46,311 nt of DNA from NCBI GenBank assembly GCA_964202905.1, contig CAXNJO010000018.1, forward strand, positions 1 through 46,311, read 5' to 3'. The notes under the pieces were generated by a model. That model did not search any database, had not been told where the DNA came from, and saw only the letters and a program-made list of their open reading frames with translations. The first letter of the stretch is position 1; every line of letters begins with the position of its first letter. Of this stretch, positions 19,755-30,653 are shown one piece after another. This DNA is from Polyangiales bacterium (lineage in GTDB: Bacteria > Myxococcota_A > Polyangia > Polyangiales > JADJQN01). A program made the translations under genes and the position numbers.

Positions 19755-19972
19755 TGGCGTCGCGGCGGCACGCGCGAGATGCGCTCGACGCTGCTCCCGA
19801 GGTGCCGTTCCCGAGGTGCCGTTCCCGAGGTGCCGGCGTGATGCCCTACGCGCCACGTCGGCTCGTGCATGGGGGCGGACGCGCGTCTCGGCGTCGCCGG
19901 GCCTTGGCACGGGTTCGCGACCGTTCCGCGCCGTGGTCGCGGCTCGCTCGACGCGTTCGAGCCGGCGACGCC
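19755..19972 (-). ncRNA. ssrS: 6S RNA (putative)
   Basis: Conserved zapA-ssrS-ygfA synteny. The ends GGCGTCG...CGACGCC can close a long rod-like hairpin of about 215 nt. Confidence 0.7.
19796..19837. repeat. 14-bp tandem repeat x3 inside the putative 6S RNA
   Basis: CCCGAGGTGCCGTT twice, then CCCGAGGTGCCGGC. Confidence 0.85.
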
Positions 19973-19973
19973 G

Positions 19974-20284
19974 TCAGTCGCGCGCGTCGTCCGCGAGGCG
20001 GCGATCGATGCGCTCGAGCGCGGATCGCCACGGCCTTGCGCGTGGTGTCCTCGAGCGGCGCGCGCACGTTGTTCGGCCGCGAGCAGCTCGTCGGCGAGCC
20101 CGAGCGCGACGACGGCGAGAAGCTGCGACGGCGAGGCCGCGCGCGTCGCCTTCGGGCCGAGGGCGGCGACGCGCTCGTCGATCATGCGCGCGAGGTGCTC
20201 GAGGTGGCCCTCCTCGGCGTCGGAGGTGAGGCGATATCGCGCACCCGCGAGGTCCAGCGTCACGGTGCGCTTGTCGGCGGCCAC
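19974..20284 (-). CDS. zapA: Cell division protein ZapA (two apparent +1 indels near the 3' end)
   Basis: RTVTLDLAGARYRL...LARMIDERV...LAVVALGLADEL. Removing one C at each of two sites (about 20058 and 20022) restores RARALEDTTRKAVAIALERIDRRLADDARD*. Confidence 0.85.
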
Positions 20285-20350
20285 GGTGGGCGGAGCCTAA
20301 TGGCCGACTTCCTCTCGCGTCAAGGGCACCCGTGGTAAGCTGGCCGCCGC

Positions 20351-23300
20351 ATGATTTCGGCCGAATGTGAGTCCTGCAAGGCGTCCTACTCGCTCGATGA
20401 GCGCCGTATCCCGGCGGCGGGCATCAAGATGCGCTGCACGAAGTGCGGCTCGTCCTTCACGGTGCAGCCGGATGCGGCCGCGCTGGAGCCCGCCCCGCCC
20501 GGTGAGTCGGGTGCCGCGCCGGAGCCCGCGCCGTCGGCTGAGCCGGGGGCCCCGCCTGCCGCAGCGATCCCGCGGGTCGGCTGCCGTCCCGATGCGCACG
20601 CTGCTCGGCATCGCGGGCGCGCCGCCGCCGGCTCCCGGCGCCGAAGGTGACGCCGTACGTCCCGAGGTCCCCCTCCGCGCTCGCGTCGCCATCGGTGCCG
20701 GCGCCGTTCCCGTCGCCCGCTGCGCGCGTGACGCCCACCGCGTCCGTCGCGCCCGCTGCGCCCGTGGTGGCCGCTGCGCCTATGGTTCTCGCGGTGCCTG
20801 CTGCGCCCGCGGTGCCTGCTGCCCCCGCGCTGCCCGACAGCGCCTGCGGCGCCGGCCGCATTCGACGACCTCGACCTCGGCCTCGATCTGCCTGCGCCGC
20901 GACAACCGTCCCTCGCGCCGCATGCCGCCGCAGGCTGCGCCGTCGCTGGCGCCTGCGACGTTGGACGATCTCGAGATCGATCTCCCTGCGCCGCGGCGCC
21001 CGTCGGCCGGCGGCGACTTCTCGCCGTTCGCTCCAGCTCCCGCCGCACCCGCGCCCGCACCCGCACCCGCGCCCGCCGCGCTCGCACGCCGCGGACCCGG
21101 CCTCCTTCGCGGACCTCGAGTTCGACCTGCCCGCGCCGCGCCGTCCCACGAGCGCGGGCGTGGCCGCATCCGGCCCTGCTGACGACGCATTCTCGTTCGA
21201 TCTGCCTGCGCTCCGCGCGCCTGTCGCTGCGGATGCGCTCGCGGTGAAGCGGCCGACAGGGGCCGTGCCGCGCACGTCGGTCGCCGACCTCGACGACCTC
21301 GACCTCCCGATGCCCGCCAAGCGTTCGACGGGCGCAGACCTCCCGCGCACCCCGGCGCAGGTCTTCGACGGGCTCGACCTGCCGGCTCCGCGCGGGTCGA
21401 CTCCCGCCGTCGCGCAGGGGCGCTCCCGCGAAGACGACCTGCCGCAGTTGAAGAGCGCGAGTCCGTTCTCGGAATTCGACCTGCCGACGCGCCGCCCGGA
21501 TGTCGCAGCAGCCCCGGTGATCGCCATCGGCGGCGCGCCCTCTGCGGTCGGGGGCACTGGTTTCGGGGAGCTCGACCTGCCCGCGGCCCGCGGGAGCATC
21601 GACCTGCCCGCGCCGGCCGTGGGCGGCGCCCTCGGCATGTTCGACCTCCCGACGCCGGGCGGTTTCAGCGATCTCCCCGCGACGCGCGGCGGGTTCGATC
21701 TCCCGGCGCTGCCGGGGCCGCGTGCCTCCGAGGAGCCGCTCGGCGCGGACCCGTCGCTCGAGCTCGGGGACGAACTGCGGTCGCGCGACGGCAAGCGCGG
21801 CGTGGGCGGAGCGGCCTTCGGTGAACTCGATCTCGATGCGGTCACGGGGGCCGCCGGCGATGCGGGCGCCAGCCTCGGCGCGGGCGGCGAGTTCGACGAT
21901 CTGCCGCAGCGAGACGGCGCGAGCCTCCCGCCGTCCGGCATCGACCTCGGGCTCGCCGCGCCGGTGCGGGCGCGCGTTCAGACCCCCGCGAAGAGCGCGG
22001 TCGACGAGGTGGATGCAGAGGAGCTCGCGGCGCGTCGCCGCAAGCGGATCGCGCTCGTCGCCCTCGCGGTGCTGGTCGTCGTCGGCGGTGCCGGCGCGTC
22101 GCTCGGCGCCACGCGCCACGGCTTCTTCGGTGTCTACGCGCTCGAGTCCTTGACGTCTGCCGCTGGGGACGCGGCGGGCACCGAGAGCGCCATCCGCAAC
22201 GCCGAGCGCCTCGCCGCGCCGGACACCTACGCCGACGTGCGCGCGGGGCTCGTGTCGCTGGCGGGCGCGCGCCGCGAGCAGGGCCTCAACCGAGCGCTGC
22301 TCGAGCGGAGCGCGCTGCACGAGTCGCTCTATCAGCACCGCTTCGGGGCCGACTCGGCCTCGAGCTCGCGCGTCTCGCGGATCTTCGCGCGGTTGGAGGA
22401 GCGCGGCGTCGAGGGGCCGGGCATCTCGCTCGCGCGCGCCGCGTCCGCGCTCCAGCGGGGCGAGCTCGACGTTGCGCAGTCGGCGCTCGCAGCCGCGGGG
22501 CCGGGCAGCGACGCGACCGCGGATCTGCTCGCCGGAGAGATCGCGCTCGCGCGGGGGGCGGGGCCGGAAGCCGTCGCGAAGTTCGGCGCGTCCCTCGCCC
22601 GCGGTGGTGGTGCGCGCGCGCAGTGGGGGCTCGCTCGCGCGCTGCTCGCGGCGGGGGCGCCCGGCGCGGCGCGGGCGGTCGATGCGACCCTCGCTGCGAG
22701 CCCGAAGCACGTCGGGGCCCGCACCGCGCAGGCGCGGGCGCTCTCCGGCGCGGGTGACGTCGACCGCGCGCTCGTGCTTGCGCGCGAGGCCGCGGGGCTC
22801 GCGCCGGTCGGCAGAGAGAGGCTCCGTGGATCGAGCCGCGAGCGCGTCGAGGCGCTCGGGCTGATCGGCGCGATGCAGGAGCGCCGCGGCCGGCACGCGG
22901 AGGCGAGCGACGCCTACGAGGCGGCCCTGCGTCTCGCACCCCAGCAGCTCGACGCGCTCCTCGGGGCTGGGCGCGTGCTGCTCACGCAGCGGCGCTACGC
23001 CGAGGCGCTCGCGCGCTTCGAGGCGGCGGCGGCCGTCTCCCCGCAGCCGCCCGCGCTCGCGGGGGCGCGCACCGTCGCGCAGGACGCGAAGCTCGGCGCA
23101 GCGCAGGCGATGCTGCACCTCGACCGCGCGCAGGACGCGCGCGCCGCGCTCGGTGCGCTCGCGCAGGAGCGACCGGGCGACGCGGACGTCTTGCTCGCGC
23201 TCGGCGGCGCTGCGGTCGCGCTCCACGATCAAGCGGGCGCGGAGCAGCACTTCCGCGAAGCGGTCACCGCCGCGCCGACGCGCTTCGACGGCTACCTCGC

Positions 23301-24480
23301 GCTCGCGCGTCTCTTCACGAAGACGGAGCGGCCGAGCGACGCCGCCGCGCTCCTCGAGGAGGCCGCGCGTCGTGTCCCGCAGACGGCCGAGGTCCATCGA
23401 CTGCTCGGCGAGTCCGAGCTCGAGCAGAACCGCATCCCGGAGGCCGTGGCGCAGTTCCGGGCGGCGCTCGCGCTCGACGTCACCGATGCGCCGTCGGCGT
23501 TCGGGCTCGGCGTCTCGCTGCGTCGCTCCGGCGAGCTCACCGAGGCCGCCTCGACCTTCGATGCGCTCTCCGCGCGCGACGCCGCGTACCCGGGGCTCTC
23601 GCTCGAGCGCGGCCTCGTCTACGAGGCGAAGGGCGAGGCCGTCCGAGCGACGGCGATGTACGACCAGGCGCTCCGCGCGCGGCCGGACGACCCGGATCTG
23701 CTCCTGCGGCTCGGCTCCTCGCAGGTCGCCGCCGGCGAGATCGACGCGGCGGAGCAGACGCTGCGGCGCGTGTCCGTCGCGCGCCCGAACAGCGCCGAAG
23801 CCGAGCATTTCATGGGACGTATCGAGTTCGCGCGCGGGCGTACGCAGGCCGCGCAGCAGCACTTCGATCGCGCCGTCACGCTCGACGGAACGCGCGGCGA
23901 GTTCCATCTCTACTCGGGCTGGGCGGCACTCGACGCGGGCAACTACGGCAAGGCCCTCGAGCACGTCGAGGCCGCGATCGCCCGCGATCCGAGCCTCGCC
24001 GACGCCTGGTGGATCCGCGGCGAGGTGCGGCTCCGCTCGGGCGCCGTGCAGGACGCGCTCGACGACCTCCGGAAGGCGCTCGCGCTCAAGCCCGGGCGCT
24101 ACGAGGCGTGGGCGGCGGTCGCCGACTGCCACGACCAGCTGCGGCGGCGCCCCGAGGCGATCCGCGCGTACGAGAGCGCCCTCGAGGGCGAGCCGGACAA
24201 CGGCGCGTGGTGGTATCGGCTCGGTCGCCTGCAGATCGACGACGATCGCTCCACCGACGCCCGCGCCTCGCTCTCGCGCGCGGTGCTCCTCGGCGAGGCG
24301 ATGGACGCGCGCCCGGGCTGGCTGCCCGACGCGCACCGGATCCTCGGCGAGAGCATGCGCCTCGCCGGCGGGCGCGCCGACGCGCTCGAGCACTTGAAGC
24401 GCTACCTCGAGATCGCGTCGCCCGGCGCGCTCGACCGAGCCGACGTCGAGCGTCAGGTCGCCCAGCTCGAAGGCCGCTGA
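20351..24480 (+). CDS. Zinc-ribbon (MJ0042-type) / disordered linker / TM / TPR-repeat protein, frameshifted in the 5' part
   Basis: CESC...RIPAAGIKMRCTKC at the N-terminus, DLPAP-type repeats, TM IALVALAVLVVVGG and many TPRs. The coding frame switches between about 20560 and 21100. Confidence 0.8.
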
Positions 24481-24515
24481 GCCCCGTCGCGCGCGCCGCG
24501 CCGCCGCTGTGCGAC

Positions 24516-25890
24516 TCAGCCGAGCTCGGCGCGCTGTGCGGACGCGCTCGCCCTCGCGCCGCGCGGCCGCGCGCACCGCGTCGAGGTCGAGCGTGCGCAA
24601 GGCGCCGTCCTCCACCACCACGCGGCCGTCGACGAGCACGTGCGTGACGTCGCTCGGGGTGCACGCGTACACGAGCCGCGCGACGGCACCGCCGCCCGGT
24701 TCCGCGTGCAGCGCGTCGAGCCGCACGACGGCGAGGTCGGCGCGCTTGCCGGTCTCGAGGGAGCCGGTGAATGAGTCGATGCCGAGCACGCGCGCGCCGT
24801 CGATGGTCGCCATCGCGAGGGCGTCTTCGGCCTTCAATGCGGCCGCGTCGCCCCGCTTCACCTTCGCGAGGAGCGCCGCCTGCCGCAGCTCGGTGAAGGG
24901 GTCCATCCGGTTGTTGCAGGGCGCACCGTCCGCGCCGATCCCGACGAGCAGGCCCGCCTCACGCATCGCGACGACGTCGGCGATGCCGCTCGCGAGCTTG
25001 AGGTTCGCGCTCGGGCAGTGCGCGAAGCGCGTCCCCGCCCGCGCGAGCGTGCGCATCTCCCCGGCGCGCAGCTGCACGCCGTGCGCGAGGACGGTGCGCG
25101 GTCCGGTGATGCCGAAGGCCGCGAGGGCCTTCACGTCGTCGCGGCCGAGCGCCGCGCGCACGGCCCGGCGCTCGTCGGCGTGCTCGGCGGCGTGCGAGTG
25201 GAGCAGCACCCCCGGCGTCGCGTGGGCCGCCTCCGCCGCGCCGCGCAGCAGCGCCTCGCTGCACGAGAGGATGAAGCGGGGCGCGTAGGCGTAGCCGAGG
25301 CGACCGTCCTCGGCGCCGTGCCAGCGCGCGCGCAAGCGGTCGCTCTCGGCGAGGCTGCGCTTCGTCGTCTCGCGCAGGCCGCGCGGCACGCCGTCGCCCG
25401 TGTCCATCATCGCCTTGCCGGAGAACGCGCGCATGCCGGAGGCGGCGATCGCCTCGAAGACCGCGTCGTGGTGGTTCACCGTCCCCATGTCGAGGATGGT
25501 CGTCGTGCCCGCCCGCAGCATCTCCGCGAGGCCGAGCCGCGCGCTCGCGTCGAGGGAGCGCTCGTCGTGCGCGGCCTCGAGCGGCCAGATGCGCTCTTTC
25601 AGCCAGGCGAGCAGCGGCAGGTCGTCGGCCATCCCGCGGAAGAGCGCCTGGCAGAGGTGCACGTGCGTCTGCACGAAGCCCGGCATCACGGCGCAACCGC
25701 GTGCGTCGATCACGCGCGCGCCCGGCGGCGCCTGCACGCGGCCGATCCGCACGATCTCGCGGCCGCGGACGTGCACGTCGCCGACGATCACGCGGCGCGC
25801 CGGGTCCATCGTCACGACGGTGCCGCCGCGCACGACGAGGTCGGGCGACGACGTGTCCACGCCGGTCGTCGCGCCCGCGTGGCTGCTCAC
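24516..25890 (-). CDS. Amidohydrolase, 5'-deoxyadenosine / MTA-SAH deaminase family
   Basis: PGFVQTHVHL, HSHAAE, AHGV, HCPSANLKLASG, GADGAPCNN. GTG start overlaps the cdd stop. The stop at 24516-24518 needs removal of one C near 24540. Confidence 0.88.
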
Positions 25891-26324
25891 GCCGGACCCC
25901 GCGTCGCCTGCGCGAGCTGCGCGGCGTCGAAGGCATGCGGGAGCAGCGCGGCGACGGTCGTCTCGAGCGCGCTGCTCCCATCGAGCGCGAGCGAACGCAC
26001 CGGGAACGACGGCGCGAACTCCGCGAGCACCTGCCGGCACCCGCCGCACGGCGCGGCCGCGCCGGGGCCGCTCGTGACGATCGCGCAGGCGAGGAAGCGT
26101 CGCGCGCCCGCCGCGATGGCCGTGGAGATCGCGCCGCGCTCCGCGCACAGCCCGAGCGGGTAGCTCGCGTTCTCGCAGTTCGCGCCCGCGAAGACGCGCC
26201 CGTCGTCGGCGAGCAGGGCGGCCCCCACCTGGAACCGCGAGTAGGGCGCGTGCGCGTTCTCGCGCGCGGCCGTCGCCGCCGCGACGAGCGCGTCCCAATC
26301 GATCGCTGCCGCGTCGCCGCTCAC
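25887..26324 (-). CDS. cdd: Cytidine deaminase
   Basis: AHAPYSRFQVGAAL, ENASY, CAER and PCGGCRQ. Confidence 0.95.
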   Translation of the reverse strand: MSGDAAAIDWDALVAAATAARENAHAPYSRFQVGAALLADDGRVFAGANCENASYPLGLCAERGAISTAIAAGARRFLACAIVTSGPGAAAPCGGCRQVLAEFAPSFPVRSLALDGSSALETTVAALLPHAFDAAQLAQATRGPA

Positions 26325-27181
26325 GCCGCGGCGCCCCGGCCCGCCGCGATGCCGCGCAGCACGCCCTCGAGCAGCCCCGTGAAGCGCCCCTTCACGCGCT
26401 CGGCGACGTCCGTCACCTCCGCGTGGTCGAGCGTTTCACCCGAGAGCCCGGCCGCGACGTTCGTGATGCACGACACGCCGAGCACGCGCGCGCCCATGTG
26501 CCGTGCGGCGATCGTCTCGAGCACGGTGCTCATGCCGACCGCGTGCGCGCCGAGCGTTCGCAGCATGCGCACCTCGGCGGGCGTCTCGTACTGCGGCCCG
26601 AGCATCCCGGCGTACACGCCCTGCAGGAGCGGGAAGCCCTGGGCCGCCGCGACCTCGTGCGCGAGCGCGCCGAGCGCCGGATCGTAGGCGCGCGTCATGT
26701 CCGGGAAGCGCACGCCGAGGGCGGGTTCGTTCGCGCCGGTGAGCGGGCTCTGGCTCGTGAGGTTCAGGTGATCGTCGAGCCGCATCAGGTCGCCGGGCCG
26801 CATGCCGTCGCCGATCCCGCCGGCCGCGTTGGTGACGAGGATGATCTTCGCGCCGAGCCGGATCATCAGCCGCACGCCGAACACGACGTCCGCGACGGGG
26901 TGCCCCTCGTAGAGATGCACACGCCCTTGCATGGCGACGACGGGCAGCCCCCCGTCGCCCACGCGCCCGAGCACGAGGTTGCCCGCGTGGCCGACGACGT
27001 GCGACACCGGCATGCCGGGCACGTCGGCGAAGGGGATCACCGTGCGCGCGGCGAGCGTGTCGGCGTAGCCGCCGAGCCCCGAGCCGAGCACGAGCCCGAC
27101 CTCCGGCGCGAGGTCGCTGCGGCTCCGGACGTGGGAGGCGGCCGCGTCGAGGCGCGGGGCTTGCGGAGAGTCGTGGTGCAT
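26321..27181 (-). CDS. punA: Purine-nucleoside phosphorylase (trimeric type)
   Basis: LVLGSGLG, GHAG, QGRVHLYEG, TNAAGG, GPQYETPAE and VGMSTV. Confidence 0.93.
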   Translation of the reverse strand: MHHDSPQAPRLDAAASHVRSRSDLAPEVGLVLGSGLGGYADTLAARTVIPFADVPGMPVSHVVGHAGNLVLGRVGDGGLPVVAMQGRVHLYEGHPVADVVFGVRLMIRLGAKIILVTNAAGGIGDGMRPGDLMRLDDHLNLTSQSPLTGANEPALGVRFPDMTRAYDPALGALAHEVAAAQGFPLLQGVYAGMLGPQYETPAEVRMLRTLGAHAVGMSTVLETIAARHMGARVLGVSCITNVAAGLSGETLDHAEVTDVAERVKGRFTGLLEGVLRGIAAGRGAAA

Positions 27182-27320
27182 GCGCCGTAGACAAGACGGC
27201 ACGCGCCGGAAAGTCAAGGAAATATGAACACTTGGACGCGTCGGAGGCGTGCTCGGCGGGGGGGCCGCTGGGCAGGCCGTGGCCCGCGGACACGCGCGGA
27301 GGCCTGCGGGGGCGGTGACC

Positions 27321-28319
27321 TCAGTGGCGGGCGCGGAGGGCGCCCCAGTCGACGAGGGGCGCGCGCTGGTGCGCCGCGCGCATCTCGAGGACGCGGCGGT
27401 CGCCGAGCAGGTCGCCGGCGATCTCGAAGGGCACGTCGCGATCGAACTCCCAGCGGCACGACGTCACGAAGAAGATCGCGCTCTTCGGCAGCGGATGGTC
27501 GCCCCGCCAGAGTTGGCGGAGGCGCAGCGTCGCCTCCATCGCCGTCGCGCCGTAGACGCGCGCGCAGATGCGTCCGGGAACGTCACGCGCGTGCGGGAAG
27601 GCGCGGAACCCGAGCCCGAGCTCCTCGACCGTGGATGCGCCCGCGACGCTCATCGGCCCCTCGTGGAGCACCGCGCCCGCCTCGCCGCCCGGCACCGGGA
27701 CGATGCGGCCGCCCTCGACGAGCTGCAGCGCCGGCGCGCCGGTGTTGACGAGCCGCACGCGCGGCGGGCCGCCGCCGACCAGGTGCCGCGGGATCGTGCG
27801 CGTGAACAGGCTCGCGAGGTAGCCCGTCGTGCCGCCGACGCGCGCGCGCACGGCCTCGGGCATCGCGTCGCGGCGCTTGTGGTAGTCGCTGATGATCTCG
27901 GCGTCCCAGCCCGTGCCGGCGAACGGAGCGAGGCGGCCTTCCGCCTCGACGAGGTCGAACTCGAGCATCGGCGGCGGGGCGCCGTCGAGCGAGGCGAGGT
28001 GCCGGAGCGACTCGCGCACGCGCCGGATGCCCGTGGCGCGGGCCCAGCCGTTGCCCGTGCCGAGCGGGAGGATGCCGAGCGCGGGGAGGGCGACGTCGCG
28101 GGCGCGGAGGCCGGTGATCAGGCCCGCGGCGGTGCCGTCGCCGCCGCCGGAGAGCAGCACGCGCGGCGGCGCGGCGGCGAGCGTGTCGAGCACGCGGTCC
28201 GCTTCGGCGGCCGAGGACGTCGCCTCGATGCGCGCGCCCGGGAGGAGCGCGCGGAGATCGCGCACGACCGCGTGCGATCCGCTGCGGGCGTTGAGGTTCA
28301 CGATGGCGGCGATGTCCAC
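27321..28319 (-). CDS. Diacylglycerol kinase family protein
   Basis: IVNLNARSG, GGGDGT and LGILPLGTGNGWA. Confidence 0.9.
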   Translation of the reverse strand: MDIAAIVNLNARSGSHAVVRDLRALLPGARIEATSSAAEADRVLDTLAAAPPRVLLSGGGDGTAAGLITGLRARDVALPALGILPLGTGNGWARATGIRRVRESLRHLASLDGAPPPMLEFDLVEAEGRLAPFAGTGWDAEIISDYHKRRDAMPEAVRARVGGTTGYLASLFTRTIPRHLVGGGPPRVRLVNTGAPALQLVEGGRIVPVPGGEAGAVLHEGPMSVAGASTVEELGLGFRAFPHARDVPGRICARVYGATAMEATLRLRQLWRGDHPLPKSAIFFVTSCRWEFDRDVPFEIAGDLLGDRRVLEMRAAHQRAPLVDWGALRARH

Positions 28320-28467
28320 GGGTGACCTCGACTAGCGCGAACGCCGCCGCACCGCACGGCGCGCGTGGTCACCGTTCGGTCATCCGTCGCGCGGTGTGGC
28401 GCGGGCCTGCAGGGCAAGGCGCGCGCCGTGGCCGGGCCGCACGCCTCTGGTAGGCTCGACACGCGCC

Positions 28468-29625
28468 ATGGACTCCGATCCCACCCGATCCTGGCGGCTG
28501 CTGCCGAGCGAGCGCGTGCTCTGGCGCGGCGGTCCGGTGCGGGGCGTGACGCGCAGCCTGCGTTGGCGGCTCCCGCCGCTGTTGTTCGCGGTGTTCGCGG
28601 CGGACACCGCGCTCTTCGCGGGGTTGCTCTACGCGGCCGACGTGCACGCGCTGCGGCCGACGCTCTCGATGGTCGCGTACCTCGCGCTCACCGCGCTCGC
28701 CTTCCACGTCGCGCCGCGCTTTCTGCTGGATCCGTGCGAGTTCCTCGTGACCGATCGCCGCATCCTCTGGCGGCGCGGGCGCGCGCGCCGGACGATGGAT
28801 CGCCACGCCGTGACGCTCGCGCGGATCGCGTGGCACCCGAGCGCGCCGGGTGTCGGTGACCTCGAGCTCGAGCGCGCGGTGCCGTTCGGGCCGTTCCAGC
28901 GCACGCAGCGCCTCGTGATGCACGACGTGCAGGCGCCCGACGCGCTGTTCGCGATCCTGCGCGACGTCGCGCCGTCGGAGCGCGCCGGCGACACCGACGT
29001 GAAGCTCGCCGAGCGCCTCGACCCCGACGAGAGCCTGCTCTGGGGAGGCGCGCCCGAGCGGGCCGCACCGGACTGGCGCGAGCTCGCGACGGCGGCAGCG
29101 GGCGTGGCGCTCGTCGCCTTCGCGGGCTGGTACGAGTGGCGCATGGCGACGCACCTGCTCGGCCTCGAGCACCTCGGCATGCAGGTGCGCTCGTGGACGT
29201 GGGTCTTCTTCTTCGCGAGCACGTTCCTCGCGTTCGGGACGGTGCTCTGCGTCGGGGCGTACCTGCTCTGGTACGGCCTGCTCCGAAGCCGCGCGATGGC
29301 GCTCGACACCGAGTATTTGCTCACCGAGCGCCGCCTCTTGATCCGCCGCGGTCGCACCGAATTGAGCGTCGATCGGCGGCGCATCGTCGACGTCGCGCAG
29401 GAGCCCCGCGCGAACGGTCTCTACACGCTCTACCTGTTGCTCGACGGCCCCGACGCGCGCGCGCTCGGTGACAGCGGCGCGCTCGGCGCCGTCACGCCCG
29501 CGAAGGATCGCGTGCCGCCCATCCTCTTCGAGGTGCGCGATCCCGAGCGGGTGCGTCGGCTCATCCTCGGCGAGCCCGGCGCGGGGCCGGGTCAGCCGCC
29601 GCCGCTCGAAGACGCGGCGGAGTGA
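28468..29625 (+). CDS. Membrane protein with two bacterial PH-like repeats
   Basis: Internal duplication ERVLWRGGP..TM..FLVTDRRIL and ESLLWGGAP..TM..YLLTERRLL. Confidence 0.75.
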   Translation: MDSDPTRSWRLLPSERVLWRGGPVRGVTRSLRWRLPPLLFAVFAADTALFAGLLYAADVHALRPTLSMVAYLALTALAFHVAPRFLLDPCEFLVTDRRILWRRGRARRTMDRHAVTLARIAWHPSAPGVGDLELERAVPFGPFQRTQRLVMHDVQAPDALFAILRDVAPSERAGDTDVKLAERLDPDESLLWGGAPERAAPDWRELATAAAGVALVAFAGWYEWRMATHLLGLEHLGMQVRSWTWVFFFASTFLAFGTVLCVGAYLLWYGLLRSRAMALDTEYLLTERRLLIRRGRTELSVDRRRIVDVAQEPRANGLYTLYLLLDGPDARALGDSGALGAVTPAKDRVPPILFEVRDPERVRRLILGEPGAGPGQPPPLEDAAE

Positions 29626-29824
29626 GCCACCTCGTGCGCGGCGCATGGGCAGCGCCCCCGCGTGGCCGGTCGGCCCGCGCGTGAATGCATCGGCCGTGGT
29701 GTTCGTCCGTGGCCGACATGGGCCCGCGCGTGGGGTGGGCCGCGTTTGACGAGGTGCAGGCGCGCGACGTAAGGTCCGCGCGCCACAGGTAGGCCCGAGT
29801 GCCCCGTAGGAGGCGTTTTCATCC

Positions 29825-30484
29825 ATGAACAAGCAAGCGATCTTCGCCGTATCCAGCATTCTCCTCGTCGGCGCCGGCTGCGACTTCCGCCTCCGGGGCG
29901 GCGCCTTCCTCACGACGCCCCCGCCGCCGAGCGCGACCGTGACGATCAACGCACCGCCGCCCCCGCCGATGCAGGCGACCGTGACCGTCAACGCGCCGCA
30001 GATGGGCGCGGGCGTGCAGGTCGTCGAGGCGACGTGCGCGCAGGGCGCGCCCGAGCAGTGCAACGGCCTCGATGACAACTGCAACGGCCAGATCGACGAG
30101 GGTTGCGGCTATCAGTCGGGCGCCATCCAGATCACGCTCGCGTGGAACAGCCCGGCCGACCTCGACCTCTACGTCACGGACCCGCAGGGCCAGACGGTCA
30201 GCTACCAGAACACGCAGCTGGCCTCGGGCGCGATGCTCGACCACGACGCGCGTGGCCGCTGCCGCTCCGACCAGCAGAACAACACGATCGAGAACGTCTT
30301 CTGGAACACGCCCCAGCCGCCCCAAGGGCAGTACCGGATCGAGGTCCACTATTGGGGCGAGTGTGGCGGCGCAGGCCCGACGGTCGCGACGACGTCCATC
30401 TCGGTCGGTGGTCGCATCTACGGCGTCTACAACGTGACCCTCGCGCCCACGCAGCGGCTGCCCATCGCGAGCTTCACGATCTGA
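29825..30484 (+). CDS. Lipoprotein with a Cys-rich repeat and a YfaP/DUF2135-like domain
   Basis: Lipobox VGAGC, EQCNGLDDNCNGQIDEGC and ITLAWNSPADLDLYVTDP...ENVFW. Confidence 0.85.
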   Translation: MNKQAIFAVSSILLVGAGCDFRLRGGAFLTTPPPPSATVTINAPPPPPMQATVTVNAPQMGAGVQVVEATCAQGAPEQCNGLDDNCNGQIDEGCGYQSGAIQITLAWNSPADLDLYVTDPQGQTVSYQNTQLASGAMLDHDARGRCRSDQQNNTIENVFWNTPQPPQGQYRIEVHYWGECGGAGPTVATTSISVGGRIYGVYNVTLAPTQRLPIASFTI

Positions 30485-30653
30485 GGGCGCGCGTCGGGGA
30501 GCGCCCCCGGGCGGTGTCCGCCTCGCTCGCCCGGCCCTTCCCGTGTCGTCTCCGATCGCTCGTTCCCCTGCTGCCCCCGACTCCGGCCTCCGCGCCGGTG
30601 CGAGGGCAGCGTCGTCTCGGGCGCGGGGCGGTCGGACGCCGGATGTCGCCGCG

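Noticed and set aside
20386..26298. 1970-aa minus-strand giant protein
   Set aside because: It is the deaminase reading through a probable indel into the antisense strand of the TPR gene.
24516..27181. punA-cdd-deaminase cluster as a nucleotide-depletion defence system
   Set aside because: These are ordinary salvage enzymes in a core-genome context with no mobile or defence markers.
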